Below are positions 36,716-46,827 of a stretch of 64,000 nt of DNA, in pieces. The stretch covers positions 39 through 64,038 of the forward strand of contig JBBIMI010000002.1 in NCBI GenBank assembly GCA_037444485.1, in the 5' to 3' direction. The notes under the pieces were generated by a model. That model ran no database searches, was not told the DNA's origin, and was given only the letters and a program-made list of their open reading frames with translations. This DNA comes from Candidatus Micrarchaeota archaeon (GTDB lineage Archaea; Micrarchaeota; Micrarchaeia; Norongarragalinales; Norongarragalinaceae). The stretch's first letter is position 1, and every line of letters starts with the position of its first letter. The position numbers and the translations under genes are program-made.

Positions 36716-38905
36716 TCAAGGCAACAAACGCTCGCCGCGCTCGCGCGTCTCGCGCTCGCCTTCAGTAAACGCTTCTTCTGCCTCGCGCTCGCGGCGAGAC
36801 AAGAGGAAAATCGCTGAGGCGAGTAGAACGAGGGCGATTAACGCATATAACACCCACGAGCTGCCAACCGCTTTTTCTTTTGGCCGTGCTAGAACGCGCA
36901 CTTCACTTAAAGCGCCATCCGGAGAATCGAGGCGTAGCGAGATTGTCGAATTTTCAGGCAAGCCGCTGGGCACTACAACGCTTGCAGTAAACGTTTTTTG
37001 TTCTCCTGGCGCGAGGTCGAGCGCGCTCGGCTGCGAGAACAACGCGTAACCGGTTGCAGAGAGTTTCACGTTCTTTAAGCCGACTGTTCCGTTGTTGCGA
37101 ACAGTCACTGAAACGAGAATCTCGCGCTTGTCGCCAGATTGAAAGTACTGCGCGTCTAACGCGCTTGCTTCAATGCTGCGTACTGGAACAAGCAAAAGCA
37201 GTGAAGCGTTTTGTTTGACGCTCTCGCCTTCCACGGCTGAAAACGCTGTGAATTCGAGTTCGTAAGGCTTGAGTTCAAGGTTTTGCGGAATGAAAAAGTC
37301 GGCTTGGTAAATCCCGTCTCCGTTTTCCGGAACGTCGCGCGAAGACGGTTGTATTGAGTACCACGATGACGGGATTCCTGATAGTGTAAGCGAAACAGCG
37401 TGGAACGGCGCGTTCTTGGAATTCTTTACTTTAATGAAGACTGTCGCAGGCATGCCTGGCGTAACGCGCAGTTCAGGAACAGAAATCGAGAAAAATGATT
37501 GTTCTGAACGATTGCTTGAAACAACGTTTATATTAAAATAGTGTGCTTGCTTTATGCCGCGAGAGTCAGCAACGAGGACTTTAATGGTGTTCCTGCCTAA
37601 GGGTGTGCGTTCAAGCGAAGTGCTTGCAGTCAAGCGCACGAGCTTCTCCTCGCCGGGCGATAAGGTAAAGCTTTGGGGAAGCGCTTGCACGAGCATGGTT
37701 TCTGGAGGGAGTACCTCCAAATCAAACGAATTCGTTGTCGAACCGTTGTTGACTACAGTGAATTCGATGGGCGTAACGATGCTGCGCACGACAGTGTACT
37801 CGTCGAGTTTCTTTACGAAAAAACTCGTCACCGCGTTTACAGTAAAACAAAATTGTTTCTGCATCACCGTAAAGTCCAAGTACTTCACAAGAAGGTTGAA
37901 GTAATAATCGTCTAACGCGACGTTTTTCTTCGGCTTGAAAAACAAGCGAAAATATTGTTTGTCTCCAGGCGCGACTTCGATGAATTCAGACGATAACTTT
38001 ACCGAGTCAAGCGCTTCAGAAACGCCTTCGAGCTCGAGTGAGAAGGGTCCTTCAAGTTCGCCGTTGTTTCGCAGCGCGAGTTCCCAAACGGTTTCATTCT
38101 CGTGCTGCGTTTGAATGCAATTAACAGGCTCGTTTTCGAGCTGCAAGTCGATTGTCGGCGCGAACACGAAGATTTGAGAGTAAAGCTGTAACGGATAACG
38201 GATTCCGCCAGCGCTCGCAGCACTTATTTGAAACAAGTGGTCGAAAACACCGCCCGGCGCGCCAGGCGGAATTCTAACGCGCGCAGTCACGCGCTTGGTT
38301 TCGAAAGGCGCGAGTTGAATAGTTGAAGTGCTGAACACCGTGTTTTGCGTGAAAACGCCGACTGCCTTAAAGCTCGCGTAACCTTTCTCGTCAGCATTAT
38401 TGAAAATGCTTATAGCGTACTCAATCGAATCGCCTGGACTCGCGCTTTGGTTTCCGCTTGGTTCAAGCGTTGCCGTGAATCTCGGTCCAGGACTCGGCGT
38501 TACTGGTTTTACTTCAAGCTGCAGGTAGCGTACGTCGCACGCGGTCGTCTGCGTTCCAAGCGCAACGTCTAAACGAATAGAGTAATTGCCTGGTGCGGCA
38601 TTCGCAGTGTCTGCGATTAAGTTGAATACCTTAGTTTGAGTTGGATACAGGGTTTCAAAAGAAACAGGGTCAAAAAAACAAGTCAAGCCATCCACGCACT
38701 CGCCGCTGAGCTTGACTAGCTCGTCATTAATTCCAGTGTTCGTGACAGTAATCGGGTAAACCGCATTTACGCCTTTGAAAACAGAAGCGTTTTCAACAAC
38801 ACTAATGCTCAAAAAAGGGCAGTCTGCAGAGACTAGCGGCGTTAATGAAACAAAGAATGCGGCGAATGCGGCCGCGAGGGTTAAAGCAAAGCCTTGACTT
38901 GACAT
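36716..38905 (-). CDS. secreted multi-domain surface protein (CARDB/Ig-like beta-sandwich repeats) with C-terminal TM anchor
   Basis: Signal peptide (ALTLAAAFAAFFVSLTPLVSA), repeated ~100-aa beta-rich modules with N-glyc sequons, C-terminal WVLYALIALVLLASAIFLL plus charged tail. Confidence 0.6.
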   Translation of the reverse strand: MSSQGFALTLAAAFAAFFVSLTPLVSADCPFLSISVVENASVFKGVNAVYPITVTNTGINDELVKLSGECVDGLTCFFDPVSFETLYPTQTKVFNLIADTANAAPGNYSIRLDVALGTQTTACDVRYLQLEVKPVTPSPGPRFTATLEPSGNQSASPGDSIEYAISIFNNADEKGYASFKAVGVFTQNTVFSTSTIQLAPFETKRVTARVRIPPGAPGGVFDHLFQISAASAGGIRYPLQLYSQIFVFAPTIDLQLENEPVNCIQTQHENETVWELALRNNGELEGPFSLELEGVSEALDSVKLSSEFIEVAPGDKQYFRLFFKPKKNVALDDYYFNLLVKYLDFTVMQKQFCFTVNAVTSFFVKKLDEYTVVRSIVTPIEFTVVNNGSTTNSFDLEVLPPETMLVQALPQSFTLSPGEEKLVRLTASTSLERTPLGRNTIKVLVADSRGIKQAHYFNINVVSSNRSEQSFFSISVPELRVTPGMPATVFIKVKNSKNAPFHAVSLTLSGIPSSWYSIQPSSRDVPENGDGIYQADFFIPQNLELKPYELEFTAFSAVEGESVKQNASLLLLVPVRSIEASALDAQYFQSGDKREILVSVTVRNNGTVGLKNVKLSATGYALFSQPSALDLAPGEQKTFTASVVVPSGLPENSTISLRLDSPDGALSEVRVLARPKEKAVGSSWVLYALIALVLLASAIFLLSRREREAEEAFTEGERETRERGERLLP

Positions 38906-39491
38906 GAGTAAAGATATTGCGCTTCAGCTTTTAAAAAATGCGTTTTTTGAGTTGCGACTACGAGTTGAAAAAAATTTATGTTAAAAGTCTTGAATTCCAA
39001 ACTGTTTTTTACGTTTTTCAATGATTACTTCAATCTCGTTTCGAGCGTTAGTGTTCAACCATCATTCGACTTCCCGCCCAGTCTTAACGTCTGAACGCAA
39101 ACGAGAATTCAACACCTTCAAAGACCTAGATTCAGAGATCTAGAACAACTTTTTAAACAAACTTTATCCTCGAATGCGGGGGGGAAAACCGCGTGGAGGG
39201 AAAAACTGTTTTGAAGAGTTTCAGCTCTGACAAGCACTCTTTTTTCCAGCAATTCGCCCCGTAACGAAATCTAAACTAACTTAACTATCAGCTTTTTTTC
39301 TCTTGTTTTTCGGCTTGAACGCGTTTTGCTTAAATTGCTTCACTCCCGCCGACTTCGCCGCCCTTGACGTCGTACTTTTCAATGAAAGGTAAGAGGAGAA
39401 CTTTCAAACCATTCAAACCGCTTTAATTTTTCTTGTTTCCTCGTTTTTTAGTTTCTTGTTTCCTCGTTTTTTTGTTGTTTTTGTTTGTTTT

Positions 39492-39899
39492 TTACTCTGT
39501 TTCCTCGGTTTCTTTTTCCTCAAGCGAAGCTGGCTCAGTTTCAGTCTCGGGAGCTTCCTCGCTTTCAGAGCTGGGAGCGCTCGCGCCGCTTGTCGCCTCG
39601 CCGACTTTCTCTGCTACTGCAAAGCGTTTCGCGACTTCCTTGACGCGTATCCTGCAGGAGTCTCCGCGCGTTGTTCCGGGAACGAATATGATGAATCCTT
39701 CGATGCGCGCGATTCCGTCGCCTTTAGCAGCGACGTCAGTAATCTGCACGTCGTACTCTTCACCAACTTTCACCGGCGCTTGCCTGAAGCCGCCTCCACC
39801 GTACCCACCGCCGTAACTGCTTTCCCTTCGAAAGCCGCCGTGTTCGCGTCGTTCTCCAAATCCGCGGCCTCCACCGCCGCGTTCTCTTCCATACTTCAT
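39492..39899 (-). CDS. TRAM-domain RNA-binding protein with RGG/GGY-rich N-terminus and acidic C-tail
   Basis: GEEYDVQITDVAAKGDGIARIEGFIIFVPGTTRGDSCRIRVKEV TRAM-domain core. N-terminus GGGGRGFGERREHGGFRRESSYGGGYGGGG. Confidence 0.7.
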   Translation of the reverse strand: MKYGRERGGGGRGFGERREHGGFRRESSYGGGYGGGGFRQAPVKVGEEYDVQITDVAAKGDGIARIEGFIIFVPGTTRGDSCRIRVKEVAKRFAVAEKVGEATSGASAPSSESEEAPETETEPASLEEKETEETE

Positions 39900-40176
39900 T
39901 TACTTGCACTCACCCTATACTTTATGCTTTAACGCACACGAAAAGCGGTTTTCCGCAGGCTGGAGAAAAAGAATTCAAAAAAACGCGTTTTGCAGCAGGA
40001 TGGAAAGCAAGCTAATTAACTTGAAATTAAACGAAAAAAAGCTTTCTAGAAAAAGTCTTTCAGTTTTTCAGAAAAAACCTTTTCGCCCTTTTGCCTTCAA
40101 CGCTTTAAACTTCTCTAGTCTTAGAAAACACACTCTCCATAGTCGTTAAACGCTATAAAACTGCTGAAGCAAGTAT

Positions 40177-40467
40177 TTAAAACCCGTTGTTGTTAAAAAA
40201 CACCCAAATTTTGTAAGTGCGCGCCAGCAAGAGTTTCTTGAAGAAAGGCAGCGTTAAAGGCATCAAAGTTGAAAGCATGAACGCGACTGCAGAAACCATG
40301 GCGTTAAAGCCAATCTGGACGTTTAACACTTGCAAGTAAAACCGACCGCCAAAGTAAGTGAAAACCAAGTAAGTGAAAAGCGCGAGTAGAAAGTGAAAAG
40401 CGCGAGTAAAAGCCTGCGCGCAAAACTTGTTTCCCAAGCTTTGTCCGCCTCTACGCGCTTGTTTCAC
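40177..40467 (-). CDS. possible small membrane protein containing an internal nucleotide tandem repeat
   Basis: 96-aa ORF with 2 to 3 hydrophobic segments. Encodes the repeated FTYLVFTYF from the DNA repeat agtgaaaagcgcgagta ×2. Could be spurious. Confidence 0.25.
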   Translation of the reverse strand: MKQARRGGQSLGNKFCAQAFTRAFHFLLALFTYLVFTYFGGRFYLQVLNVQIGFNAMVSAVAFMLSTLMPLTLPFFKKLLLARTYKIWVFFNNNGF

Positions 40468-40580
40468 GCTTCCAAGCGCGAATTCTTTCTTCCACTACGC
40501 GATTATTTCTTCCGCTTGCTTCAAGTGGTTTTCACTCGTTTTACTCGCTTTGCTTGATGGAATTAATCGTTTCACGCCAA

Positions 40581-42311
40581 TCACATTTTTGCTGGGGTTT
40601 GAATACCGAGAAGGCGCAACCCGTTTTCAAAAACCACGCTCGCGGCTTCGAGTATCGCGAGCCGTTTTGCTTGTTCTTCGCGCGTGGCCGCCTTGAGAAC
40701 TGGGCTAGAGTCATAGAAAGAACTAAACAACGCGCTTTGCTTGAGTAGAAAATCGCAGACCACGTGCGGTTCGAGCGACTCGGCAACGCGGCGCACGACT
40801 AGAGGGAATTCAGCGATGCTGGCGAGCAAAGCGCGTTCCGCGCAATTGAATTCAAGTTGGTTCGATTCTTCGTGGTTCAAGTCTTTGGGCTTTGGCAACT
40901 GTAAACCTAATTCTTTTGCCTTACGCAAAATGCTTTTCGCGCGGACTAGTGAATACTGCACGAAAGCGCTAGTGTCGCCTTCGAATGACGTCATTGCTTT
41001 GAAGTCGAACATTATTTCTTTCTCGGGTGAAACGCGTAAGACTGAAAACTTTACTGCTGAAACGCCTACGCTGCGCGCTATTTCCTCCGCATCCTGTTTC
41101 GAGTACTCTTGGCGTTTTTCGACTTCTTCACGAGCTGCTTCGACTGCTCGCGTCAACACGTCTTCGAGTAGCACGACGCGGCCAGCGCGGGTGCTCATCT
41201 TGCCTTCGGGCAGGTTAACGAGTCCAAAGCCAACGTGCTTGAGTTTGTCCGCATACGGGCGGTTCAAGAGTTTGAGTGTGAGGAAGAGTTGTTTGAAGTG
41301 CAGGTTTTGTTCGCTTGCAGTAAAGTAAACGCTTTCGTCGAACTCGCACTTCTCCCACTTGTAGTCTGCAAGCGCTAAATCAGTGGTGAAGTAAAGAGTA
41401 GTGCCGTTCGAACGAAGTAGAATCGTGTTCGGAAGTCCATGTTTTTCTAAGTCGACGACAACAGCGCCTGTTTCAGGATCTTTGAAAGCGATTTTTTTCT
41501 TTAAGCACTCTTCAACGACTTCCTTCGCGTGCTTTACGAGCGTGCTTTCCCACACGACGTCGTCGAACTTCACGCCAAGCAATTCGTAATTTTTTTCGAA
41601 CGCGTTCCAACTGAGTTTCTTGATTTTATCTAGTTCTTTCACGAAGCTTTTCTCGCCCGCTGCTAGTGCGGCGAGAACATCCTGCGTTTCTCTCTTTAGT
41701 TTTTCATCTTCTTCAATCGCTTTTTTTATTTTCACATAGTAAGCGATGAGGTCTTTCTCGTCTTCAACTTTCGGCAAGTCCTTGAATTTCTTGAGCGCGA
41801 CGAGTAGTTCAGCGACGTGCGAGCCGCAGTCGTTCATGTAATTCATTCGAAGAGTCTTGCAACCTTGAAAATCCAGTAGGCGCGCTGCGACGTCTCCGAG
41901 AATCGTTGAACGAATGTGACCCAAATGCATGGGCTTGCCTGGATTCGGCTGCGAAAACTCGATTACCTTCTTTTTGCCCTTCAAGAAATCGCTTGCGCCG
42001 TACTCTTTGCCTGCTTCAAGCGCTTGCTTGAGGGCCTTCTTGAAGAATTCGGGCGTGAAAAAAAAATTCACGTAACCGCCTGCTGGTGTTGGTTTGAAGA
42101 ATAGGTTGCCTGCAGGGGTCTTCTCGCAAATGCGTTTCGCTTCATCGAACGGCTTTTGCTTTTTTTCGCGCGCGAGTTCGAATACTGGAAACGCCCGGTC
42201 GCCGAAGCTTGCGTTCGCAGGCCGCTCTAAAACGATTTCCTTTGATTCGAGTGCAGTCGCTTTCGCGAGCGCTTGCGAGATTTCTTTTTGAGCTTCTTCA
42301 ACAACATACAT
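40581..42311 (-). CDS. argS: arginyl-tRNA synthetase
   Basis: Class I HIGH-like PNPGKPMHLGH, anticodon-binding C-terminal domain ending in Met. Start at internal MYVVEEAQ. Confidence 0.85.
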   Translation of the reverse strand: MYVVEEAQKEISQALAKATALESKEIVLERPANASFGDRAFPVFELAREKKQKPFDEAKRICEKTPAGNLFFKPTPAGGYVNFFFTPEFFKKALKQALEAGKEYGASDFLKGKKKVIEFSQPNPGKPMHLGHIRSTILGDVAARLLDFQGCKTLRMNYMNDCGSHVAELLVALKKFKDLPKVEDEKDLIAYYVKIKKAIEEDEKLKRETQDVLAALAAGEKSFVKELDKIKKLSWNAFEKNYELLGVKFDDVVWESTLVKHAKEVVEECLKKKIAFKDPETGAVVVDLEKHGLPNTILLRSNGTTLYFTTDLALADYKWEKCEFDESVYFTASEQNLHFKQLFLTLKLLNRPYADKLKHVGFGLVNLPEGKMSTRAGRVVLLEDVLTRAVEAAREEVEKRQEYSKQDAEEIARSVGVSAVKFSVLRVSPEKEIMFDFKAMTSFEGDTSAFVQYSLVRAKSILRKAKELGLQLPKPKDLNHEESNQLEFNCAERALLASIAEFPLVVRRVAESLEPHVVCDFLLKQSALFSSFYDSSPVLKAATREEQAKRLAILEAASVVFENGLRLLGIQTPAKM

Positions 42312-42389
42312 TTCAGTGTTCCTTAAACAGCTTAACGTTTTATTAAATAGTAGCTGCGTTCTTTTATATTCTTTTATAATAAAATTGGC

Positions 42390-44051
42390 TTGAAAGAAAG
42401 AGGCGGAATTGTTTTGCCGGAAGAAGCTTGCGGCGTGTTCGCGGTTTTGAAGCCGAAAGGCGAGAACGTAGTTCTGTTCGTGCAAAAAGGTTTGGAGGCG
42501 TTGCAGCACAGGGGCCAGGACAGTTCGGGAATGAGTGCCCTAAAGAAAAATGGTTTATTGACGCGCCGAGTTGCCGGACTCGTAAGCGGGCTTAACCATT
42601 ATCTAGGCGAGTTGGAAAGCCACGCAATTATCGGGCACGTGCGCTATCCGACTACGGGCAAGAGCCGGGTGGAAAACGCGCAGCCAATTCAATTCAAAGA
42701 CTTCTCGCTGGCGTTCAACGGCAACATTTCCAACTACAACGCGCTCCGCGAAAAGCTTGAAGCGCAGGGCGTGAAGTTCAAAAGCGACGTCGACGTTGAA
42801 GTCATAGGACACCTTGTACAAAAGCAGTTGAATAAATTAAAAGTTCAAAGACGTGACAAAAAGTTAAGCGAAAAAAAGAAAGAAGAGTTTTTCGAAAACG
42901 CGTTTGTAAAAGCATTGCGTGCTGCAATGAAAGAATTGAAGGGCTCTTACAGCATTGTCGTGCTCTCGAAGAACGGCAGGCTTTTTGCAGTACGCGATCC
43001 GTTCGGCTATAAGCCGCTTTCGTACGCTAGGCACGTTAGCGAAAAAAAGAATAAAAAAAAGAACTACGGTTGGGTGGTTTCCTCAGAAACCTACGCGTTA
43101 GACGAAGTTGAAAAAAAACTTGGAATCAAGTTAAAGAAACGCGGTGAAGTAAAGCCCGGCACAATTATTTTCTTCACGACGAAAGGCAAAAAACAATTCA
43201 AGGGATTGACTTCAAAACACCTTGCGCACTGCGCTTTCGAATGGGTTTATTTCGCCCACCGCAATTCGAAACTGGCTGGCGTGAGCGTGAAAGACGCCAG
43301 GCGCAGGCTGGGTGCCTTGCTCAGTAAACTGCTTCAAAAAAAAGGAATTGAAGGCGATTTGGTGGTGCCTGTTCCAAATTCAGGCATTCAAGCAGCACAC
43401 GGCATCGCAGCTGGATTGAATATTCCGCTTGTTCACGCGATAAGGAAAACAGGGAAAGTCGGAGAAATGCGCACATTCATCGCGCCAAGCCAAGAAGCAA
43501 GGGAAGCTTTGAGCCGCGAGAAGTATGAACTCGCCGATCCGGCTGCGGTTAAAGACAAGCGCGTGATTCTCGTAGACGACAGCATAGTGCGCGGAACCAG
43601 CATGCCCGTGCTCGTGCGAATGCTCAAGGAAGCAGGCGCCAAAGAAGTGCACATTACTGCCAGCGCTCCGCAAATCGTCTCGCCCTGCTTCATGGGAATA
43701 AACTTTCCCACAAAAGAAGAACTCATTGCCTGGAAGAGGACACCTAAACAAGTGCTTAAGCAAATCAATGACGCGATAATTGCCGAAAAACTCGCTGGAA
43801 GAGTGGTGAAAGGAAGAAAACTGCCAAAAACTTTAAAACAAATTAGTAAAGATAAAGTTGAAGAATTAAGGAGAGAACTCGGCGCGGATTCGCTTACTTA
43901 CACTAACATTACTGATTTAATCAAGGCAATCGGCTTACCGTGCAAACTATGCCTCGCGTGTTTTACTGGAATATACCCTGAAGAAAAACAAAGGCCTTTA
44001 AAAATTCTTGCCAAGCGCGAGAAAAGTCAAGAAAATAGCGAGCTGGTTTGA
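42390..44051 (+). CDS. purF: amidophosphoribosyltransferase (PurF)
   Basis: N-terminal CGVFAV nucleophile, Ntn glutaminase domain, PRTase motif VILVDDSIVRGTS. Lys-rich insertions lengthen it to 553 aa. Confidence 0.8.
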   Translation: MKERGGIVLPEEACGVFAVLKPKGENVVLFVQKGLEALQHRGQDSSGMSALKKNGLLTRRVAGLVSGLNHYLGELESHAIIGHVRYPTTGKSRVENAQPIQFKDFSLAFNGNISNYNALREKLEAQGVKFKSDVDVEVIGHLVQKQLNKLKVQRRDKKLSEKKKEEFFENAFVKALRAAMKELKGSYSIVVLSKNGRLFAVRDPFGYKPLSYARHVSEKKNKKKNYGWVVSSETYALDEVEKKLGIKLKKRGEVKPGTIIFFTTKGKKQFKGLTSKHLAHCAFEWVYFAHRNSKLAGVSVKDARRRLGALLSKLLQKKGIEGDLVVPVPNSGIQAAHGIAAGLNIPLVHAIRKTGKVGEMRTFIAPSQEAREALSREKYELADPAAVKDKRVILVDDSIVRGTSMPVLVRMLKEAGAKEVHITASAPQIVSPCFMGINFPTKEELIAWKRTPKQVLKQINDAIIAEKLAGRVVKGRKLPKTLKQISKDKVEELRRELGADSLTYTNITDLIKAIGLPCKLCLACFTGIYPEEKQRPLKILAKREKSQENSELV

Positions 44052-44858
44052 TTGAGGATTGTTTCGCTCTTGCTGCTCACTTCCTTCGCTGCCACGCAAG
44101 CGCTTGCGTTGCTCGCGGGCGCGAGCTTTATTGCGCAGGAAGTTTCCGTGGTGGAAAACCCGAGCGAGCCGGGAAACGCGTTGTTTTTCTTTGCTTACGT
44201 GGTTGCAGCTAGCGTCGCATTGTTGTTAGTCCTCCACTTTTATAAAGGCAGGAAGTTGTTCTTGTTCCTCGAATACCTTCTCGTGTTCGCGACAGTCCAG
44301 TTGTTCGCTTCGCTATACCTCAATAAATTGTTTTCACTCGCGCTCGGCATTATCGTGCTTTCAACGCGAATAATTTTTCCGAAAACCCGTTTTTTCTTGC
44401 TGCTTTACTCGACTGCGATCGTGGGCGCGTTGTTGGGCGCATCACTAGACTTGCTTCCAGCTGTCTTGCTTGCTGCTTTGCTCGCTGGTTACGACGTGGT
44501 AGCAGTTTTTTGGAGTAAACACATGATTACGCTTGCCAAGAGTCTCGAAAAACGCGGCGTTGCCTTCGCGTTACAGTTGAAGCGCGGAAAAGAGTCCGTG
44601 CAACTCGGCACTGGCGACGTTACGATTCCAGCGATGGTTGCAGTTTCTGGCTTGCGGCTGGCTGGACTGGTTGGAAAAGAAAGAGGCGTCGACGCGTTCC
44701 TGCCCGGCTTGTTCGCGTTTGCCGGCAGCCTTGCTGGACTCGCGTTAGTCGTACTCGTTCTCGAACGCAAGAAAGGCTACTGGCCTGCTCTTCCACCCAT
44801 CGTGTTCGGCGCGCTCGCTGGACTCGCAGCTTACTGGCTGGCGGCCAATTGGTTTTAA
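44052..44858 (+). CDS. presenilin / signal-peptide-peptidase-like GxGD intramembrane aspartyl protease (A22 family)
   Basis: Polytopic membrane protein with YD (GYDVVAVF), LGTGD (GxGD) and PALP motifs in the canonical order. Starts 1 nt after the purF stop. Confidence 0.6.
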   Translation: MRIVSLLLLTSFAATQALALLAGASFIAQEVSVVENPSEPGNALFFFAYVVAASVALLLVLHFYKGRKLFLFLEYLLVFATVQLFASLYLNKLFSLALGIIVLSTRIIFPKTRFFLLLYSTAIVGALLGASLDLLPAVLLAALLAGYDVVAVFWSKHMITLAKSLEKRGVAFALQLKRGKESVQLGTGDVTIPAMVAVSGLRLAGLVGKERGVDAFLPGLFAFAGSLAGLALVVLVLERKKGYWPALPPIVFGALAGLAAYWLAANWF

Positions 44859-45527
44859 ATAATTGCGATAATTGCGCGAACTTTTTATTTCCGGTTGGTA
44901 TGCTTTTTCAAAAAAAGTAAACGGCTTTATGGATTGTTAGTCCCGCAATATTCCAATGAAGGGAAAGAAGTCGAATACCACGAGATTTGGGATGCGAAAG
45001 TAAGGAAAACAGCGAGAGAACCCACCGTACTCAAGACCGCCAAAACTCAGACCACCAAAAGCCGTTGGGGTATCCACACGAAGAATTATGAAGAATTATT
45101 CGTAAGGAAATGATTCACGTCAGAGTGTATTACACCATATTGCACGAAGAAGCAACTTAAAAATAATCGAATTTACTCTCGAGCACTACAACAACAAGCA
45201 GTAATGGCTTACGAAATCAGCAGAAACGGAAATCAGCAGAAACGTTATGGCGGAGCACAAAAAAATAAATTCTTACAAAAATAAATTATTAAGATTACAA
45301 AAAATAAATTATTAAGACATCAAAAAAGTTGCATTTAAATACTCGTTTCCTCAAAATTTTTTTGCGTTGAAACTCATTCTTTCTTCGAGAATGGGGAGTT
45401 GACCCGGACGCTGGTTTCGGGTAGAGAACCATTAAAGCGTTTTCAGGCTTTAAACTTTATAGCGCCTACGGTTCGTGCAGGTTCAGTTGTTGGCGCTCGA
45501 TTCAGAATTAAGAAAAAGGTTTTAGGA

Positions 45528-45827
45528 TTGAATTTAAGCAAGTCGATTCGCCTCGCAGTTGATTCAGGTAAAGTCGAGCTAGGCGTGGACAAAGCGAAGA
45601 AAATAGCGTTGCGCGGCGAAGCAAAGTTGATAGTCGTAGCACGCAATTGTCCGAGCGAGAATGCTGCCGACTTGAGGCATTACTGTCGCCAAAGCGGTAC
45701 GCCGCTCATCGAATTTCCAGGCACTTCCATCGAGCTCGGCACGGTGTGCGGAAAACCGTTTTCAGTAAGCGCGTTAAGCGTTCTCGAGGAAGGCAACTCA
45801 GACATTCTGCAGGCGGTCAGAACGTGA
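45528..45827 (+). CDS. rpl30e: 50S ribosomal protein L30e
   Basis: AVDSGKVELGVDKAKKIALRGEAKLIVVARNCPSE...GTVCGKPFSVSALSV. Start assumed at TTG 45528. The in-frame ATG at 45399 would add a 43-aa N-extension. Confidence 0.7.
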   Translation: MNLSKSIRLAVDSGKVELGVDKAKKIALRGEAKLIVVARNCPSENAADLRHYCRQSGTPLIEFPGTSIELGTVCGKPFSVSALSVLEEGNSDILQAVRT

Positions 45828-45836
45828 GAGCGTACG

Positions 45837-46256
45837 ATGTTCAAGATTACGAATGACGAAATAGTTTTGGTGAACGCGCTTGAACAAATTACTGGAGCGC
45901 GGGCGAGCGACGTGGTGGTGACTGACACCAGCGTAACGTTTATCGTGCGGAAAGGCGATTTGGGGCGTGCGATAGGCAGAAGAGGCGAGAATTTAAGGAA
46001 ACTCCGCAATGCAGTCTGCAAAAACGTTGAAATCGTCGAGGAAAGCGACGATTTGAAAAAGTTTTTGACGAACTTGTTTCACGGCATCGCGTTCGAACGC
46101 TACGAAGAAAAAGAAGTTGGCGGAAAGAAAAGCGTTTTCCTGCGCGTGAACGCAAGCCAAAAAGGAAAAGCCATTGGAAAAAAAGGTGACAAGATTAACA
46201 CTTGCAGAAAGCTAGTCAAACGCCATTTCGGCGTTGACGAACTCAAAATATTTTGA
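45837..46256 (+). CDS. nusA: archaeal NusA-like transcription termination/antitermination protein (two KH domains)
   Basis: KH GxxG motifs (IGRRGEN, IGKKGDK). Conserved position between rpl30e and rps12. Confidence 0.8.
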   Translation: MFKITNDEIVLVNALEQITGARASDVVVTDTSVTFIVRKGDLGRAIGRRGENLRKLRNAVCKNVEIVEESDDLKKFLTNLFHGIAFERYEEKEVGGKKSVFLRVNASQKGKAIGKKGDKINTCRKLVKRHFGVDELKIF

Positions 46257-46340
46257 TTGTTTTTGGATTGTTTTTTGATTTGATTTTTGATTTGATTTTT
46301 TGATTAATATTTTTGATTAATTGCAGTTATGAGGTGTTTC

Positions 46341-46772
46341 ATGGTGGCGAAAGGGGAATTCGCTGGAAGGATTTTGAGGCTCAAGCGAAAGAAAGCCCGC
46401 TGGCTGAAAAAACCTTGGAAGCGCAAGAAGCTGGGCTTAAAGAAAAAATTCGATCCACTCGAAGGAGCGCCGCAAGCCCGCGGCATCGTAATAAAGAAAA
46501 AAGGCGTGGAACAAAAACAACCCCACAGCGGCATCATCAAAACCGTAGTCGTCCAACTCGTGAAGAATGGAAAAAAAGTCACCGCTCACGTGCCTCGCGA
46601 CAAGGCGGTTGAAAAGATTGACGAGCACGATGAAGTCGTCATAGAAGGACTAGGCGGCTCACAACGCGGGCAAATGGGTTCGATTCCCGGAGTGCGTTAC
46701 AAAGTCGTTGAAGTGAACGGCGTTGCCCTCGAGGAACTGCGTACAGGCAGGAAAGAAAAACCGAAACGTTGA
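46341..46772 (+). CDS. rps12: 30S ribosomal protein S12 (uS12)
   Basis: PNSA-equivalent region and C-terminus (RGGRVKDLPGVRYK-like: [19 protein letters not shown]). Confidence 0.85.
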   Translation: MVAKGEFAGRILRLKRKKARWLKKPWKRKKLGLKKKFDPLEGAPQARGIVIKKKGVEQKQPHSGIIKTVVVQLVKNGKKVTAHVPRDKAVEKIDEHDEVVIEGLGGSQRGQMGSIPGVRYKVVEVNGVALEELRTGRKEKPKR

Positions 46773-46827
46773 AAGTAAGAAACGCTGAAGTTAAAGTAAA
46801 ACAAGAGAATGAAAAAGTGAACGAAAA

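Noticed and set aside
39433-39932. Two overlapping plus-strand ORFs of 127 and 158 aa
   Set aside because: They are antisense to the TRAM-domain gene. Their low-complexity Ser/Phe-rich translations are typical of the reverse strand of a GGN/GAA-rich gene.
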